DNA of 64,000 nucleotides from Actinomycetota bacterium (GCA_046726215.1 JBKPAA010000039.1:14619-78618); one strand, 5' to 3'; shown: positions 8,544-18,447, counted from the stretch's first letter. Made by a program: numbers and translations. Notes: generated by a model from the letters alone, not told the origin.

Positions 8544-11500
8544 ATGACCGACGCCACCGACCGGTCCGCGGCGATCGACGAGCTGCTCGACCGCGCGGTG
8601 GCGGCGCTGAACCGCGGCGACGTCACGACCGCACACGACCTGGCCGAGCGGGTCCTGGCCGCGGACACCTCCAACCGGGACGCAGCGGCGCTTCTCGGCG
8701 TGGAGGGGCCGTCCGCGGGTGAGCTCCGACGCCTCTCCCTGCTGTTCTGCGACCTCGTCGGCTCGACGGAGCTGTCGGCCCGCCACGAGCCCGAGACCTA
8801 CCGGACCCTGATCAGGCGCTACCAGGCGGTGTGCCGGGAGGTGGTCGAGGAGCGGTATGGGGGCCACATCTCTCACGTTGCCGGCGACGGAATGCTGGCG
8901 GTCTTCGGCCTACCGATTCCCCACGAGAACGATGCCGAGCGGGCCGCCCGCGCCGGCCTCGACATCATGCGGGAGCTGCGCTGGCTGTCCGCACAGGTGG
9001 AGGCGGCGCTCGGCGAGCGCCTCGAGGCGCGGGCTGCTGTGCACCGGGGCCTCGTCTATCTCGACGTCGAGGAGGACGAGGTCTACGGGCTGGCCGCCAA
9101 TGTGGTGGCGCGGCTCCAATCGCTGGCGGCGCCCGGGACCGTCGTCATGTCCGACGATGTCCGCGAGATCGTGGGCCCGCTGTTCGAGACCGAGGCGGGG
9201 CCGGCGCAGCGAGCGAAGGGGATCGAAGAGCCGCTGCAACCCCACCGGGTCGTCGCCGCGCACCCCGAACAGCCGACACGGGGTCGGCGCTGGGAGGCCG
9301 CCCTCGTGGACCGTCACGACGAGCTGGCGCGCCTGCGCCAGCAGTGGCTCCAAGCGCGGCGCGGTGGCGACCAACGACCTGCCGTCGTCCACCTCGTAGG
9401 TGAGGCCGGCATCGGCAAGTCGCGGCTCGCGGCCGTCCTGGCCGAGGAAGCTCGGACGGCTGGAGCGTCGTGCCTGCAACTGCTGGCGTCGCCCTTCCAT
9501 GCCGAGGCGAGCTTCCACGCGATCCGCGCCCTGATCGAGGCGCGGAGCGGCATCGCGGTGGACGCCGCTCCCGGCGAGCGGCTGGCGCTGCTGGAGCAGG
9601 AGATCGCTGCGGTGGGACTGGATCCGGGTGAATCGGTGCCGCTGCTGGCACCCATCCTCGGCGTTCCTCCCTACGCGGGCTACCAGGAGGCGGCGCTGGA
9701 AGGGCGCAAGTTGCACGAGGCGATCGTCGCGGCCGCCGCCCGGTACCTCATCGCGTCGCTCGGTTTGGGACCGGCCCTGCTGCTCGTCGAGGATCTGCAC
9801 TGGTGCGACGAGTCGACGCTCGATGTGATCGCTCTGGTTCTCGGCGCCGATCGCGGCGACCTGCTGGTCGTCACCACCTCGAGGGACGGGCCACCGGCGT
9901 CGCTCGGTCGCGGCCACGTGATCGGGCTGTCGACCCTCAACGATCATGCCGCCGACGAGCTGGTCAGGTCCCTCGACCCCGCACTCGATGACAACGCATG
10001 CCGCGTCCTCGTCGACCGCGGTGACGGGATGCCGTTGTACCTCGAAGAGCTCGTGCGTGGAGCCGCCCCCGCTGGGGGAATCGCCGACATACGGCGGACA
10101 CCCGGAATCGGTCCGGTCGCAGAGGGCATTGGGGCGGCGGTGTCCGTAGGCCCTCCGTCCTCCGTGCCCGAGGCGCTCTACGAGCCGCTCGTGGCTCGCC
10201 TCCACGCCACGGGGTCGGGACTGCCCGTGGCGTCCGCGGCAGCGGCCATCGGCCGGGACGTCGATCACCAGGTACTCGCGCAGGTGGTCGACCTGCCCGA
10301 TCCCGACCTCGAGGCTGGCCTGGAAGCATTGCTCGGCGGCTTGATCCTCGAACGCGTGCTCGGTGAAGGACAGCGCTACCGGTTCCGCCACGAGCTGCTG
10401 CGGGTCGTGGCGTACGAGCTGCAACCACCGTCTCGCCGGCGTGAGCTGCACGGCCGCGTGGCCGCCGCGCTTGCGCGGGACACGCCCGCCGCACCGGCGG
10501 TGGACTGGCCCCTCGTCGCCGGACACTACGACGCCGCGGGGCAGGTCGCCGATGCGATCACGGCGTACCAGGCGGCTGCGGATGCGGCGCGCCGGCTCGG
10601 CGCCCTCGGCGACGCGCGGGCGCTTCTCGGCCGGGGGATCGAGCTCGTCCCCAGCGTCCCGGACAGTGCGGCGCGGCGGTCCTACGAGGTGGCGTTGAGG
10701 CTCCGGCGGGGCTTCCTGGTGGCGTCGGCCGAGGGACCCAGTTCCCCCGAGGCCGTCCAGGACTACGAGCGCTGCCTCGAGCTGACGCTGGGCGACAGCA
10801 CCAGCGACGACATGTTCAACACCCTCATCCCGCTGTGGGGCTACTACATACTGCGGGGTGACCTGGAGCGCGCTCAGCAGGTCGCGGAGATGCTCCGCGC
10901 CGGAGTCGCCCGCGGGCGGGACCACTACTGGCCCGACAACGAGGCGGCGTTCGGCACGATCCGCTGGTTCGCCGGCGACTTCGGCGCCGCTCACGACCAG
11001 CTCGAGTCTGCGGTCCATGGCGTCGCCACCCGGCCCGTCAGCCCGGACTATGCCGCGACCTACTTCATGCCGTTCGACGGCCCGGCATCGGCGCACGCGC
11101 ACCTGGCGGTGGCGCGGTTCATGCGGGGAGACGTCCGGGGTGCGGACGCGCAGTTCGACGCCGGGCGGCACCGTTGCGACGCGATCGAGTTCCCCCTCGG
11201 GCCGTTCACCGCCGCCGAGGTCCACTCGTACGCGGCATGGACCTTGATCGAGCGCGGCGAGCTGGACCGGGCGGCCGGCGCGGTCGCGGCAGTGACCGAC
11301 GTCGCCGAGCGGCACGGCTTCGACTTCTGGGCGCTGGTGGCGGCAACCGAACAGGCAACGATCGGCGCGTTGCGGGCACTCGAGGCCGAGCCGGGCGACA
11401 CCGCGGCGCTGGCGGCGCACGCCCAGAGCCTCGAGGGCCTGTGTGCCACGTGGAAGCTCGTCGACGTGGCCCTGTTCCTGCCCGTGTTCACGGCCATGGC

Positions 11501-11849
11501 CGGCCGGCTGCGAGCGGCCTCGGGCGACAACGACGCCGCCGCCGCTCGCTACGACGAGACCCTGCAGTTCGCCGAATCGACGGGCATCCGTTTCTACGAG
11601 GCCGAGGTGCTGAGGCTCCGCGCCCAGCTTCTGCCCCGCGACGAGGTGTCGCCGGCGCTGCGGGCGGCGCTGGACCTCGCACGCGCCCAGGGAACCGTCT
11701 CCCTCGAGCTGCGAATCGCCCGCGACCTGGTCGCCTCCGGGGACGCCGACGCCCTGTCACTCGTCGCCGAGGCCGTCGCCCGGTTCGAGCCGGACGCCCA
11801 CTACCCGGAGCTCGACGACGCCCGCGCCATGGTCGCGGCGGCCGGGTGA
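8544..11849 (+). CDS. Class III adenylate/guanylate cyclase domain - P-loop (STAND-type) NTPase - TPR-like protein
   Basis: Cyclase motifs LLFCDLVGST, AGDGMLAVFG and YGLAANVVARLQ. Walker A GEAGIGKSRL, Walker B LLLVEDLHWCDE, then VVTTSRD. Long helical repeat C-terminus; no LuxR HTH seen. Confidence 0.9.
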   Translation: MTDATDRSAAIDELLDRAVAALNRGDVTTAHDLAERVLAADTSNRDAAALLGVEGPSAGELRRLSLLFCDLVGSTELSARHEPETYRTLIRRYQAVCREVVEERYGGHISHVAGDGMLAVFGLPIPHENDAERAARAGLDIMRELRWLSAQVEAALGERLEARAAVHRGLVYLDVEEDEVYGLAANVVARLQSLAAPGTVVMSDDVREIVGPLFETEAGPAQRAKGIEEPLQPHRVVAAHPEQPTRGRRWEAALVDRHDELARLRQQWLQARRGGDQRPAVVHLVGEAGIGKSRLAAVLAEEARTAGASCLQLLASPFHAEASFHAIRALIEARSGIAVDAAPGERLALLEQEIAAVGLDPGESVPLLAPILGVPPYAGYQEAALEGRKLHEAIVAAAARYLIASLGLGPALLLVEDLHWCDESTLDVIALVLGADRGDLLVVTTSRDGPPASLGRGHVIGLSTLNDHAADELVRSLDPALDDNACRVLVDRGDGMPLYLEELVRGAAPAGGIADIRRTPGIGPVAEGIGAAVSVGPPSSVPEALYEPLVARLHATGSGLPVASAAAAIGRDVDHQVLAQVVDLPDPDLEAGLEALLGGLILERVLGEGQRYRFRHELLRVVAYELQPPSRRRELHGRVAAALARDTPAAPAVDWPLVAGHYDAAGQVADAITAYQAAADAARRLGALGDARALLGRGIELVPSVPDSAARRSYEVALRLRRGFLVASAEGPSSPEAVQDYERCLELTLGDSTSDDMFNTLIPLWGYYILRGDLERAQQVAEMLRAGVARGRDHYWPDNEAAFGTIRWFAGDFGAAHDQLESAVHGVATRPVSPDYAATYFMPFDGPASAHAHLAVARFMRGDVRGADAQFDAGRHRCDAIEFPLGPFTAAEVHSYAAWTLIERGELDRAAGAVAAVTDVAERHGFDFWALVAATEQATIGALRALEAEPGDTAALAAHAQSLEGLCATWKLVDVALFLPVFTAMAGRLRAASGDNDAAAARYDETLQFAESTGIRFYEAEVLRLRAQLLPRDEVSPALRAALDLARAQGTVSLELRIARDLVASGDADALSLVAEAVARFEPDAHYPELDDARAMVAAAG

Positions 11850-13987
11850 GCGAGCGTCCGCGCGTCGCCATCCTGGGTGGGGGCATGGGGGGACTCACCG
11901 CCGCCTGGCGGCTGAGCGAGCCCGGATGGCGTGACCGCTTCGAGCGGATCACCGTCTACCAGCGCGGCTGGCGGTTGGGGGGCAAGGGCGCCAGCAGCCG
12001 CGGCCCGCACGGCCGCATCGAGGAGCACGGGCTGCACGTCTGGCTGGGGTTCTACGAGAACGCCTTTCGATTGCTGCGGGAGTGCTACGAGGAGCTCGAT
12101 CGGCCCACCAACGATCCGATGGCGCCGATCCGCACGTGGCGCGACGCCGTGCAGCCGGCCTCGGCGGTGGGTCTCGAGGACAAGGACCGAGGCGACTGGC
12201 GCCACTGGCTGGCGCGCTTCGCACCCAACGACCTCGAGCCCGGGGATCCCGACGGCCACCAGCGGCCGGCGAGCCTGGCCGAGTTCGCCCTGCGCGCCTT
12301 GCGGCTGGTGATCGACGGCGTGGAGTCGTTGGCCGACGTCGGCTCGATCGTCGCGACGGAGCGGGTCGTGCTGAGCACGTCCGCCGATCCCCCCACGCGG
12401 TCGTTGGTCGACAGCCTGGCGCTGGGAAGTCGGCTCGCCGTGCCCGCGGCGCTGCTGGAGGCCACCCGCCTCGCATACCGGGCGATCGACGGTCGCGACC
12501 GGACCCCGGCGGGCCCGGTGCCGACCGACCCAACCGGTCGGGAGCTGCTGGATGCGCTCGATGCGGTCCAGGATTCGCTGCGCGGCGTGGTCGGCACCGA
12601 CCACGACATGAAGCGCACCTGGCAGTACATGTCTCTGACGATCGCATTGCTGAGGGGTCTGGTGGCCGACGGTGTGCTGACCGGCCGGCCCCTGGCCGAG
12701 CTTGACGACGAGGACTACCTGACATGGATCCGGCGTCACGGGGCGGCGCCGGAGGCGGTCGACGGTGCGCTCCTCCGGGCGCTGTACGACATGTGTTTCG
12801 CCTACGTCGACGGCGACACCTCACGCCCGAGCTTCGGTGCGGGTTCGGCGGTGCTGCTCGCCGCGAAGATGGCCCTCGAGTACAAGGGCGGGATCTTCTG
12901 GAAGATGTCCGCCGGCATGGGGGACGTGGTCGTCGCGCCGCTGTACCAGGCGCTGCGGCAGCGTGGCGTCGACTTCGAGTTCTTCCACCGCGTCGACGCC
13001 CTGCACCTGTCCCCGGGCGGTACGGCGATCGAAGCCATCAGCATGGGCCGGCAGGTGCGCCTGGCGCCCGACGTCGAGCGCTACGAGCCGCTGGTCCGAG
13101 TCCGGGGCCTGCCGTGCTTCCCCGCAGCGCCTTTGGTCGACCAGCTCGCTCACGCCCACGGCATCGAGGACCACCCGCTCGAGTCGCACTGGTGCGCCTG
13201 GCCGGACGCCGAGCGCCGCCGGCTGCGCCGCGGGATCGACTTCGACACCGTAGTCCTGGCCATTCCCGTGGGCATGGCCGGCGTCGTGTGCCGTGAGCTG
13301 ATCGACGACCGAGCCGAATGGCGTGACATGGTCGACAATGTGGCGACCGTGGCCACGCAGGCATTCCAGGTCTGGCTGCGGGAGGGCGAGCCCGCGCTGG
13401 GGTGGCCCCACCCTGGTGCCACCGTGAGCGGCTACACCGACCCGTTCGACACCTGGGCCTCGATGCCCTTCCTGATCGACGCGGAGGACTGGCCGGACGA
13501 GGACCGCCCGGGTGCGATCGGGTACTTCTGCGGGGCCCTGGCGGCGCCCAGGCCGCCGGGCCAGGTCGACGCGACCGACGCCGCCTACCGGGATCGCTGC
13601 CGCGACCAGGTGCGTGGGGCGGCGATCGAGTTCCTCGATCGGAACCTGCGGCACCTGCTGCCGGGGGCGGTGGACGACCGCGGCTTCCGTTGGGAGCTGC
13701 TGTGCGGACGCGACGGGCGAAGGGGGCCGGCGGCCTTCGACTCGCAGTTCTGGACCGCCAACGTCGACCCGTCCGATCGCTACGTGCAGTCCTTGCCGGG
13801 AACCGCCCGCTTCCGGCTCCGCTCCGACGAGAGCGGCTACGACAACCTGTTCCTGGCCGGCGACTGGACGGATTCCGGCCTCAACGCCGGCTGCGTCGAG
13901 GCCGCGGTTCTCTCGGGTCTGCAGGCCGCCAACGCGGTGCTCGGCCGTGCCCGCAACCACCGGGTCGTGGGGTACCTAGCGGACTGA
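11846..13987 (+). CDS. Large FAD/NAD(P)-binding oxidoreductase (amine-oxidase-like)
   Basis: GTG 11846 overlaps the TGA of the cyclase-STAND gene (GTGA). N-terminal motif VAILGGGMGGLTAAWRL and C-terminal FLAGDWTDSGLNAGCVEAAVLSG. The track ORF start at 11174 is a shadow extension. Confidence 0.8.
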   Translation: MSERPRVAILGGGMGGLTAAWRLSEPGWRDRFERITVYQRGWRLGGKGASSRGPHGRIEEHGLHVWLGFYENAFRLLRECYEELDRPTNDPMAPIRTWRDAVQPASAVGLEDKDRGDWRHWLARFAPNDLEPGDPDGHQRPASLAEFALRALRLVIDGVESLADVGSIVATERVVLSTSADPPTRSLVDSLALGSRLAVPAALLEATRLAYRAIDGRDRTPAGPVPTDPTGRELLDALDAVQDSLRGVVGTDHDMKRTWQYMSLTIALLRGLVADGVLTGRPLAELDDEDYLTWIRRHGAAPEAVDGALLRALYDMCFAYVDGDTSRPSFGAGSAVLLAAKMALEYKGGIFWKMSAGMGDVVVAPLYQALRQRGVDFEFFHRVDALHLSPGGTAIEAISMGRQVRLAPDVERYEPLVRVRGLPCFPAAPLVDQLAHAHGIEDHPLESHWCAWPDAERRRLRRGIDFDTVVLAIPVGMAGVVCRELIDDRAEWRDMVDNVATVATQAFQVWLREGEPALGWPHPGATVSGYTDPFDTWASMPFLIDAEDWPDEDRPGAIGYFCGALAAPRPPGQVDATDAAYRDRCRDQVRGAAIEFLDRNLRHLLPGAVDDRGFRWELLCGRDGRRGPAAFDSQFWTANVDPSDRYVQSLPGTARFRLRSDESGYDNLFLAGDWTDSGLNAGCVEAAVLSGLQAANAVLGRARNHRVVGYLAD

Positions 13988-14011
13988 CCACGCCCGGTAG
14001 CCTGCCCGCCG

Positions 14012-14491
14012 GTGGAGGACCCCCGGGCGCGACCCATGACGGCGTTCGAGGAACGCCTGGGGCGGATCGCCGTGCGGTGGATGACCGGGGCCAACACCGT
14101 CGTCTACCGGTTGAGCAGCGGGCGAGTGGCCGCCCATGTGCCCGGTGGTGGCCCGATCTGCCTGCTCACCACGACCGGCCGGCGCAGCGGCCGGCCCCGA
14201 ACGGTGCCGCTCCTGTACGTCCCCCACGACGACGATCAGATCGTCGTGGTCGCGTCGCACGGCGGCATGAGCACGCATCCGGCGTGGTACCTCAACCTGA
14301 TTGCGGACCCGCGGGCGACCGTCGACATCGGGTCGACGCGCCGCCCGATGACCGCCCGGGTCGCGACGGACGCCGAGCGCACCGAGCTGTGGCCTGCCCT
14401 CACCGCGGTGTATCCGCATTTCGACGCCTACCGGCGTCGCACGGACCGCCTCATTCCGGTGGTGATCCTCGGCCCGGCGCCCGGTCCCTAG
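14012..14491 (+). CDS. Deazaflavin (F420)-dependent nitroreductase family protein (DDN-like)
   Basis: Family-typical LLTTTGRRSGRPRTVPL and HPAWYLNL motifs. Start is GTG 14012 or ATG 14036. Confidence 0.85.
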   Translation: MEDPRARPMTAFEERLGRIAVRWMTGANTVVYRLSSGRVAAHVPGGGPICLLTTTGRRSGRPRTVPLLYVPHDDDQIVVVASHGGMSTHPAWYLNLIADPRATVDIGSTRRPMTARVATDAERTELWPALTAVYPHFDAYRRRTDRLIPVVILGPAPGP

Positions 14492-14696
14492 CGGCGTCGA
14501 GGATCAGCGTGGCGGCAGCCGCGGCATCTCGTGCCAGCAGGCCCACCCAGCGGAACCAGTCGTCCACGAGGTCATCGGCGTGGTAGGTGCCACGCGACAA
14601 CTTGGCGCTCGCCGACTCCCACAGGTCGACGTAGCGGATCAGCCGCTGGCCGAGCAGCTCAGCGACGTCTTCCGGGCCCGCTCCGTCACCGCTCAC
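14451..14696 (-). CDS. Small acidic Trp-rich hypothetical protein (81 aa)
   Basis: GTG 14696 overlaps the TGA of the upstream 87-aa ORF (GTGA). The coding-like sequence begins only at this GTG within track ORF 14451-14822. Confidence 0.55.
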   Translation of the reverse strand: MSGDGAGPEDVAELLGQRLIRYVDLWESASAKLSRGTYHADDLVDDWFRWVGLLARDAAAAATLILDAARDRAPGRGSPPE

Positions 14697-14956
14697 GATC
14701 GGTCCCCCGGGCGGATGGCTCGCTGGAGGAGCTCGAGCCACAGCTCCAGCCCGCGCCCGGCCAGCGGGGTCACGTGCTCCCACGCCTCGATCACGTCGGC
14801 GGTCATCGTGTCGACCGTCCACTCGTCACCCTGGAGCGACCGGGCGCCCCACTGCTGGATCAACTCGGCGTTGACGTTCCCGGCGTCCTCGAGCAGCTCG
14901 GTCACCCTGCCGACATATCCCGAGAACCACTCGCCGTCATCCTGCGGGGTCTCCAC
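14693..14956 (-). CDS. Small acidic Trp-rich hypothetical protein (87 aa)
   Basis: GTG start, 20-nt overlap with the GT2 3' end, translationally coupled to 14451-14696. Confidence 0.55.
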   Translation of the reverse strand: METPQDDGEWFSGYVGRVTELLEDAGNVNAELIQQWGARSLQGDEWTVDTMTADVIEAWEHVTPLAGRGLELWLELLQRAIRPGDRS

Positions 14957-15704
14957 CGCTACGGAGGTTATGCGACGCCGCGCGCGGCCGTGGTGCCGAG
15001 CTCCGCCACACGGCCGGCACCACCCGGCGCAGGTAGGGGACGAGCCGGACGAACGACCGCCCGTGCCGGCGGAACCGGTAGCTGATCGGCACCTCGGCGT
15101 AGCGGTAGCCCTTGGCCACCAGGTCGAGGGTGAGCACCTGGGCGTAGTTGAAGTCGTGCAGGATCTCGGCGTCGGCCGCAGCGGCCGGCGACAGCGCCCG
15201 GTAGCCCGACTGGCCGTCGGTGAGGCCCACGACCCCCCATCGGCGGACGAGCAGCTTCATTGCCACGGTGAGGACGCGGTTCCCGAGCCAGCGGTGTGGG
15301 CGCATGTCCCGCGACGATCCGGCGAAGCGCGACCCGATCACGTAGTCGGCCCGACCGTCGAGGATCGGGGCCACGAGTGCCGCCAGCTCCTCGGGGGCGT
15401 ACTCGCCATCGGCATCGAGGAAGGCCACCGCCGCCGCCTGCCGGTCGACCGCCCACGCCAGGCCGGCACGGACGGCGGCGCCAAGGCCCCGGTGCCGCCC
15501 CAGAGAGTGGACGGTGGCGCCAGCGGCAAGCGCCGCGACCGCGGTTCCGTCGGTCGAGCCGTCGTCGACGACCACGACCTCGACGGGACGCCCGTGCACT
15601 TCCCGCGGCGCCCGCCGCACCACATCGGCGACGGTCATCGCCTCATCGTGAGCGGGTAGGAGCATGACCACCGGTCGGTGGCCCGCAGGGTCGGGTCCAG
15701 TCAT
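14937..15704 (-). CDS. Family 2 glycosyltransferase
   Basis: Motifs VVVVDDGSTDGT and FLDADGEY (DxD region). ATG 15704 preferred; ATG 15665 also possible. Confidence 0.85.
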   Translation of the reverse strand: MTGPDPAGHRPVVMLLPAHDEAMTVADVVRRAPREVHGRPVEVVVVDDGSTDGTAVAALAAGATVHSLGRHRGLGAAVRAGLAWAVDRQAAAVAFLDADGEYAPEELAALVAPILDGRADYVIGSRFAGSSRDMRPHRWLGNRVLTVAMKLLVRRWGVVGLTDGQSGYRALSPAAAADAEILHDFNYAQVLTLDLVAKGYRYAEVPISYRFRRHGRSFVRLVPYLRRVVPAVWRSSAPRPRAASHNLRSGGDPAG

Positions 15705-15753
15705 TGTTAGGCATTCTTCACGCCCGAGTGGTGGTATGGCTAGTCTCCTGTCG

Positions 15754-16773
15754 ATGGGGCGCAGACGATCGATGACTGGGCCGGTTCTCACGATGGCCCT
15801 GGCCGTGGGCGCACCGGCGCTCGCCGCGTGCGGCTCGGGCGGCGACGGCCGGCTCGTCGTCTACAGCGGGCGCACCTCCAACCTCATCCGCCCGCTGCTC
15901 GAGGACTTTGCCGAGGAGTCCGGGATCGGCATCGATGTGCGCTACGACGAGTCGGCCAACCTGGCGCTGCTCATCGACGAGGAGGGCGACCGCACGCCCG
16001 CCGACGTCTTCATCTCGCAGAGTCCGGGCGCGGTGGGATACCTCGATGCCGCGGGCCGGCTGGCGCCCCTGGATCACGAGCTCATCGCGGCCGTCCCGGA
16101 GGGCGACGCCGCGGCCGATGCCGGGTGGGTCGGCCTGTCGGGACGGGTGCGCACGCTGGTCTACAACTCCGATCTCGTCGACGATTCCGATCTGCCCGAC
16201 TCGGTGCTGGACCTGGCCGCGGCGGAGTATGCCGGCCGGGTGGCGCTGGCGCCGACCAACGGCTCGTTCCAGGACTTCGTGACCGTGCTCCGTGACCAGC
16301 TCGGCGACGACAAGGCGAAGGCGTGGCTCGACGGGGTGGCCGCCGGCGATCCGGCCACGTTCGACAACAACACCGCCATCGTCGAGGCCGTGGGCCGGGG
16401 CGAGGTGCCGATGGGCTTGGTCAACCACTACTACGCGTACCGCGCCAAGGCCGAGAACCCCGACCTGCCCGTCGAGAACCACTACTTCCCCGACGGCGAC
16501 CTGGGGTCGACGCTGCTGGTCACGACCGCGGCGGAGATAGCCGGCAGCGACATGCCGGACGAGGCGGCCGACCTCATCGAGTTCCTGCTCTCGCCGGAGG
16601 CGCAGCAGTACTTCAGCGAGGAGACCTTCGAGTACCCCCTGGCCGACGGCGCAGAGGTCAACGGCGCGCTGCCCCCGTTCTCGGACATCTCCAAGGCCCG
16701 GGTGGACCTCGACGAGCTGGGTGGCGGCCTCGAGGCCACCACCGCAATGATCGACGAGAGTGGCCTCACCTGA
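15754..16773 (+). CDS. Iron(III)-type ABC transporter substrate-binding lipoprotein (FbpA/AfuA-like)
   Basis: Signal peptide with lipobox ALAAC, then VVYSGRTSNLIRPLLEDFAEESGI, typical of the ferric SBP family. Alternative starts at 15736 and 15772. Confidence 0.85.
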   Translation: MGRRRSMTGPVLTMALAVGAPALAACGSGGDGRLVVYSGRTSNLIRPLLEDFAEESGIGIDVRYDESANLALLIDEEGDRTPADVFISQSPGAVGYLDAAGRLAPLDHELIAAVPEGDAAADAGWVGLSGRVRTLVYNSDLVDDSDLPDSVLDLAAAEYAGRVALAPTNGSFQDFVTVLRDQLGDDKAKAWLDGVAAGDPATFDNNTAIVEAVGRGEVPMGLVNHYYAYRAKAENPDLPVENHYFPDGDLGSTLLVTTAAEIAGSDMPDEAADLIEFLLSPEAQQYFSEETFEYPLADGAEVNGALPPFSDISKARVDLDELGGGLEATTAMIDESGLT

Positions 16774-16801
16774 AGCACAACTTGCGGCGGATAACGGCCC
16801 G

Positions 16802-18427
16802 ATGACCCGGCCAACCACCGCACGTTCGGAGCGATTCGCGGGCACGGCGCCGCGGTCGCTGGTAGTCGTCTGTGCCGTCGTCGGGTTGTTGTTCGCCGCG
16901 CCGCTGCTCTACCTGATCTGGCGCAACGTCACCGGCAACGAGCACCTGGTCGGCCTGTACACGTCCCGCGCCACGCTCCTGCCGCTGCGCAACACGTTGG
17001 GTCTGGCCGTGGCGACCGCTCTGTCCACCGCGGTCGTGGGCACCGGGCTCGCCTGGCTGACGACCCGCACGGACCTGCCGCTGCGCCGGCTGTGGGCGGC
17101 GCTCGCCCCGCTGCCGCTGGTCTTTCCCTCGTTCGTGGGGGGCTTGGCGCTCATGGCGGCCGTGGCGCCCGGGGGACTGCTTGACGGGCCGCTGGGATGG
17201 GTGGGCCTGGACGCCACCCGCCCCGAGGGCTTCTGGGGGGCCTGGCTGGTGCTGACACTGTTCACCACGCCCTACGTGCTGCTGCCGGTGGCGGCGCGAC
17301 TGATGGCGCTGCCACCCTCGCTCGAGGAGAGCGCCCGGCTGCTGGGGCGGCGCCCGCCGGCGGTGTTCCGCACCGTCGTGCTGCCGCAGATCAGCGGCGC
17401 CATCGGTGCCGGGGCGCTGCTGGTGTTCCTGTACACGGTCAGCGACTTCGGCGTGGTGGTGCTGCTGCGCTACGAGACCCTGACGCGGGCGATCTACACC
17501 AATCGGCTGCTCGACCGCGACCAGGCGGCGGCGCTGAGCCTGCTGCTGGCGGTCGTGGCGTTGGCGGTGGTCGCGGGGGAGCGACGCCTGGGCCGGCGTC
17601 GCCATCGCGGACCGCTCGAGGCCATCGGGGCCGTGCGGCCTCTCCGGGTGCCGCTCGGGCGCTGGCGCGGGCCGGCGCTGGCCGCCGTCGTCGCCTGGGT
17701 CGGTCTGGCGCTGGGCGGCCCGCTGACGTCCCTCGGGCTGTGGGCCTGGCGCGGGCTCAGCGGCGAGACCAGCAGCCTCGCGTCCGGAGATCACGGGCTG
17801 GCCGACCTGGTCGACCCGGCGCTCAACACCGTGGGCATCAGCCTCGTCACCGCGCTGGTGGCGATCGCGGCGTTGCTGCCCCTCGCCTACCTCTCGGCCC
17901 GGCACTGGGCGCGGGCCGCCGATCTGGCCAACGGGCTGGTGGCAACCGGTTTCGCCCTGCCGGCCCTGGTGGTGGCGCTGTCGCTGGTGTTCTGGAGCCG
18001 CCAGCTGCCCGAGGCGTGGGGCCTGTACCAGAGCTTCACGATGCTGGTGTTCGCGTACGTCGTGCACCTCGGAGCGCAGTCGCTGCGGACAGCCCAGGTG
18101 GCGGTGGGCTCGGTACCCCGCCGGGTGGATGAGTCGGCGCGCATGCTGGGCGCCGGGCGCATCCGTCGCTTCGCCACCATCGAGCTGCCGCTCATGTGGC
18201 CCGGCCTCGCCGCCGGCGGTGGCCTGGTTCTGCTGTCGACGATGAAGGAGCTGCCGATCACGCTGGTCACGGCCCCCGTCGGGTTCGAGACCCTGGCCAC
18301 CCGGATCTGGGAGGATGCCGAGGCGGTCTTCCTCGCCGAGGCCGGCCTGGCCAGCCTGGTGCTGGTCGCCCTGTCCGGGATCCTGACGTGGCTCCTGGTC
18401 GTCAGGCGCACGGAGCGCGTGGCTTGA
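16802..18427 (+). CDS. Iron ABC transporter permease (fused double-domain, FbpB-like)
   Basis: About 540 aa and highly hydrophobic, with two repeated permease halves. Located directly downstream of the SBP. Confidence 0.85.
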   Translation: MTRPTTARSERFAGTAPRSLVVVCAVVGLLFAAPLLYLIWRNVTGNEHLVGLYTSRATLLPLRNTLGLAVATALSTAVVGTGLAWLTTRTDLPLRRLWAALAPLPLVFPSFVGGLALMAAVAPGGLLDGPLGWVGLDATRPEGFWGAWLVLTLFTTPYVLLPVAARLMALPPSLEESARLLGRRPPAVFRTVVLPQISGAIGAGALLVFLYTVSDFGVVVLLRYETLTRAIYTNRLLDRDQAAALSLLLAVVALAVVAGERRLGRRRHRGPLEAIGAVRPLRVPLGRWRGPALAAVVAWVGLALGGPLTSLGLWAWRGLSGETSSLASGDHGLADLVDPALNTVGISLVTALVAIAALLPLAYLSARHWARAADLANGLVATGFALPALVVALSLVFWSRQLPEAWGLYQSFTMLVFAYVVHLGAQSLRTAQVAVGSVPRRVDESARMLGAGRIRRFATIELPLMWPGLAAGGGLVLLSTMKELPITLVTAPVGFETLATRIWEDAEAVFLAEAGLASLVLVALSGILTWLLVVRRTERVA

Positions 18428-18447
18428 GCCCCACCGGCAATCCGGCG

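Noticed and set aside
11174-11845. N-terminal 224-codon extension of the oxidoreductase ORF (track start 11174)
   Set aside because: The extension is Arg/Gly/Pro-rich noise that overlaps the well-supported 3' end of the cyclase-STAND gene in another frame. A GTG at 11846 sits directly before the Rossmann motif.
15700-15760. IdeR/DtxR iron box in the 50-bp divergent spacer between the GT2 and the iron SBP gene (ttgttaggcattcttcacg)
   Set aside because: Only a TTAGG half-site is recognisable. The remainder does not form the 19-bp palindrome (TTAGGTTAGGCTAACCTAA-like), so it is too weak to report.
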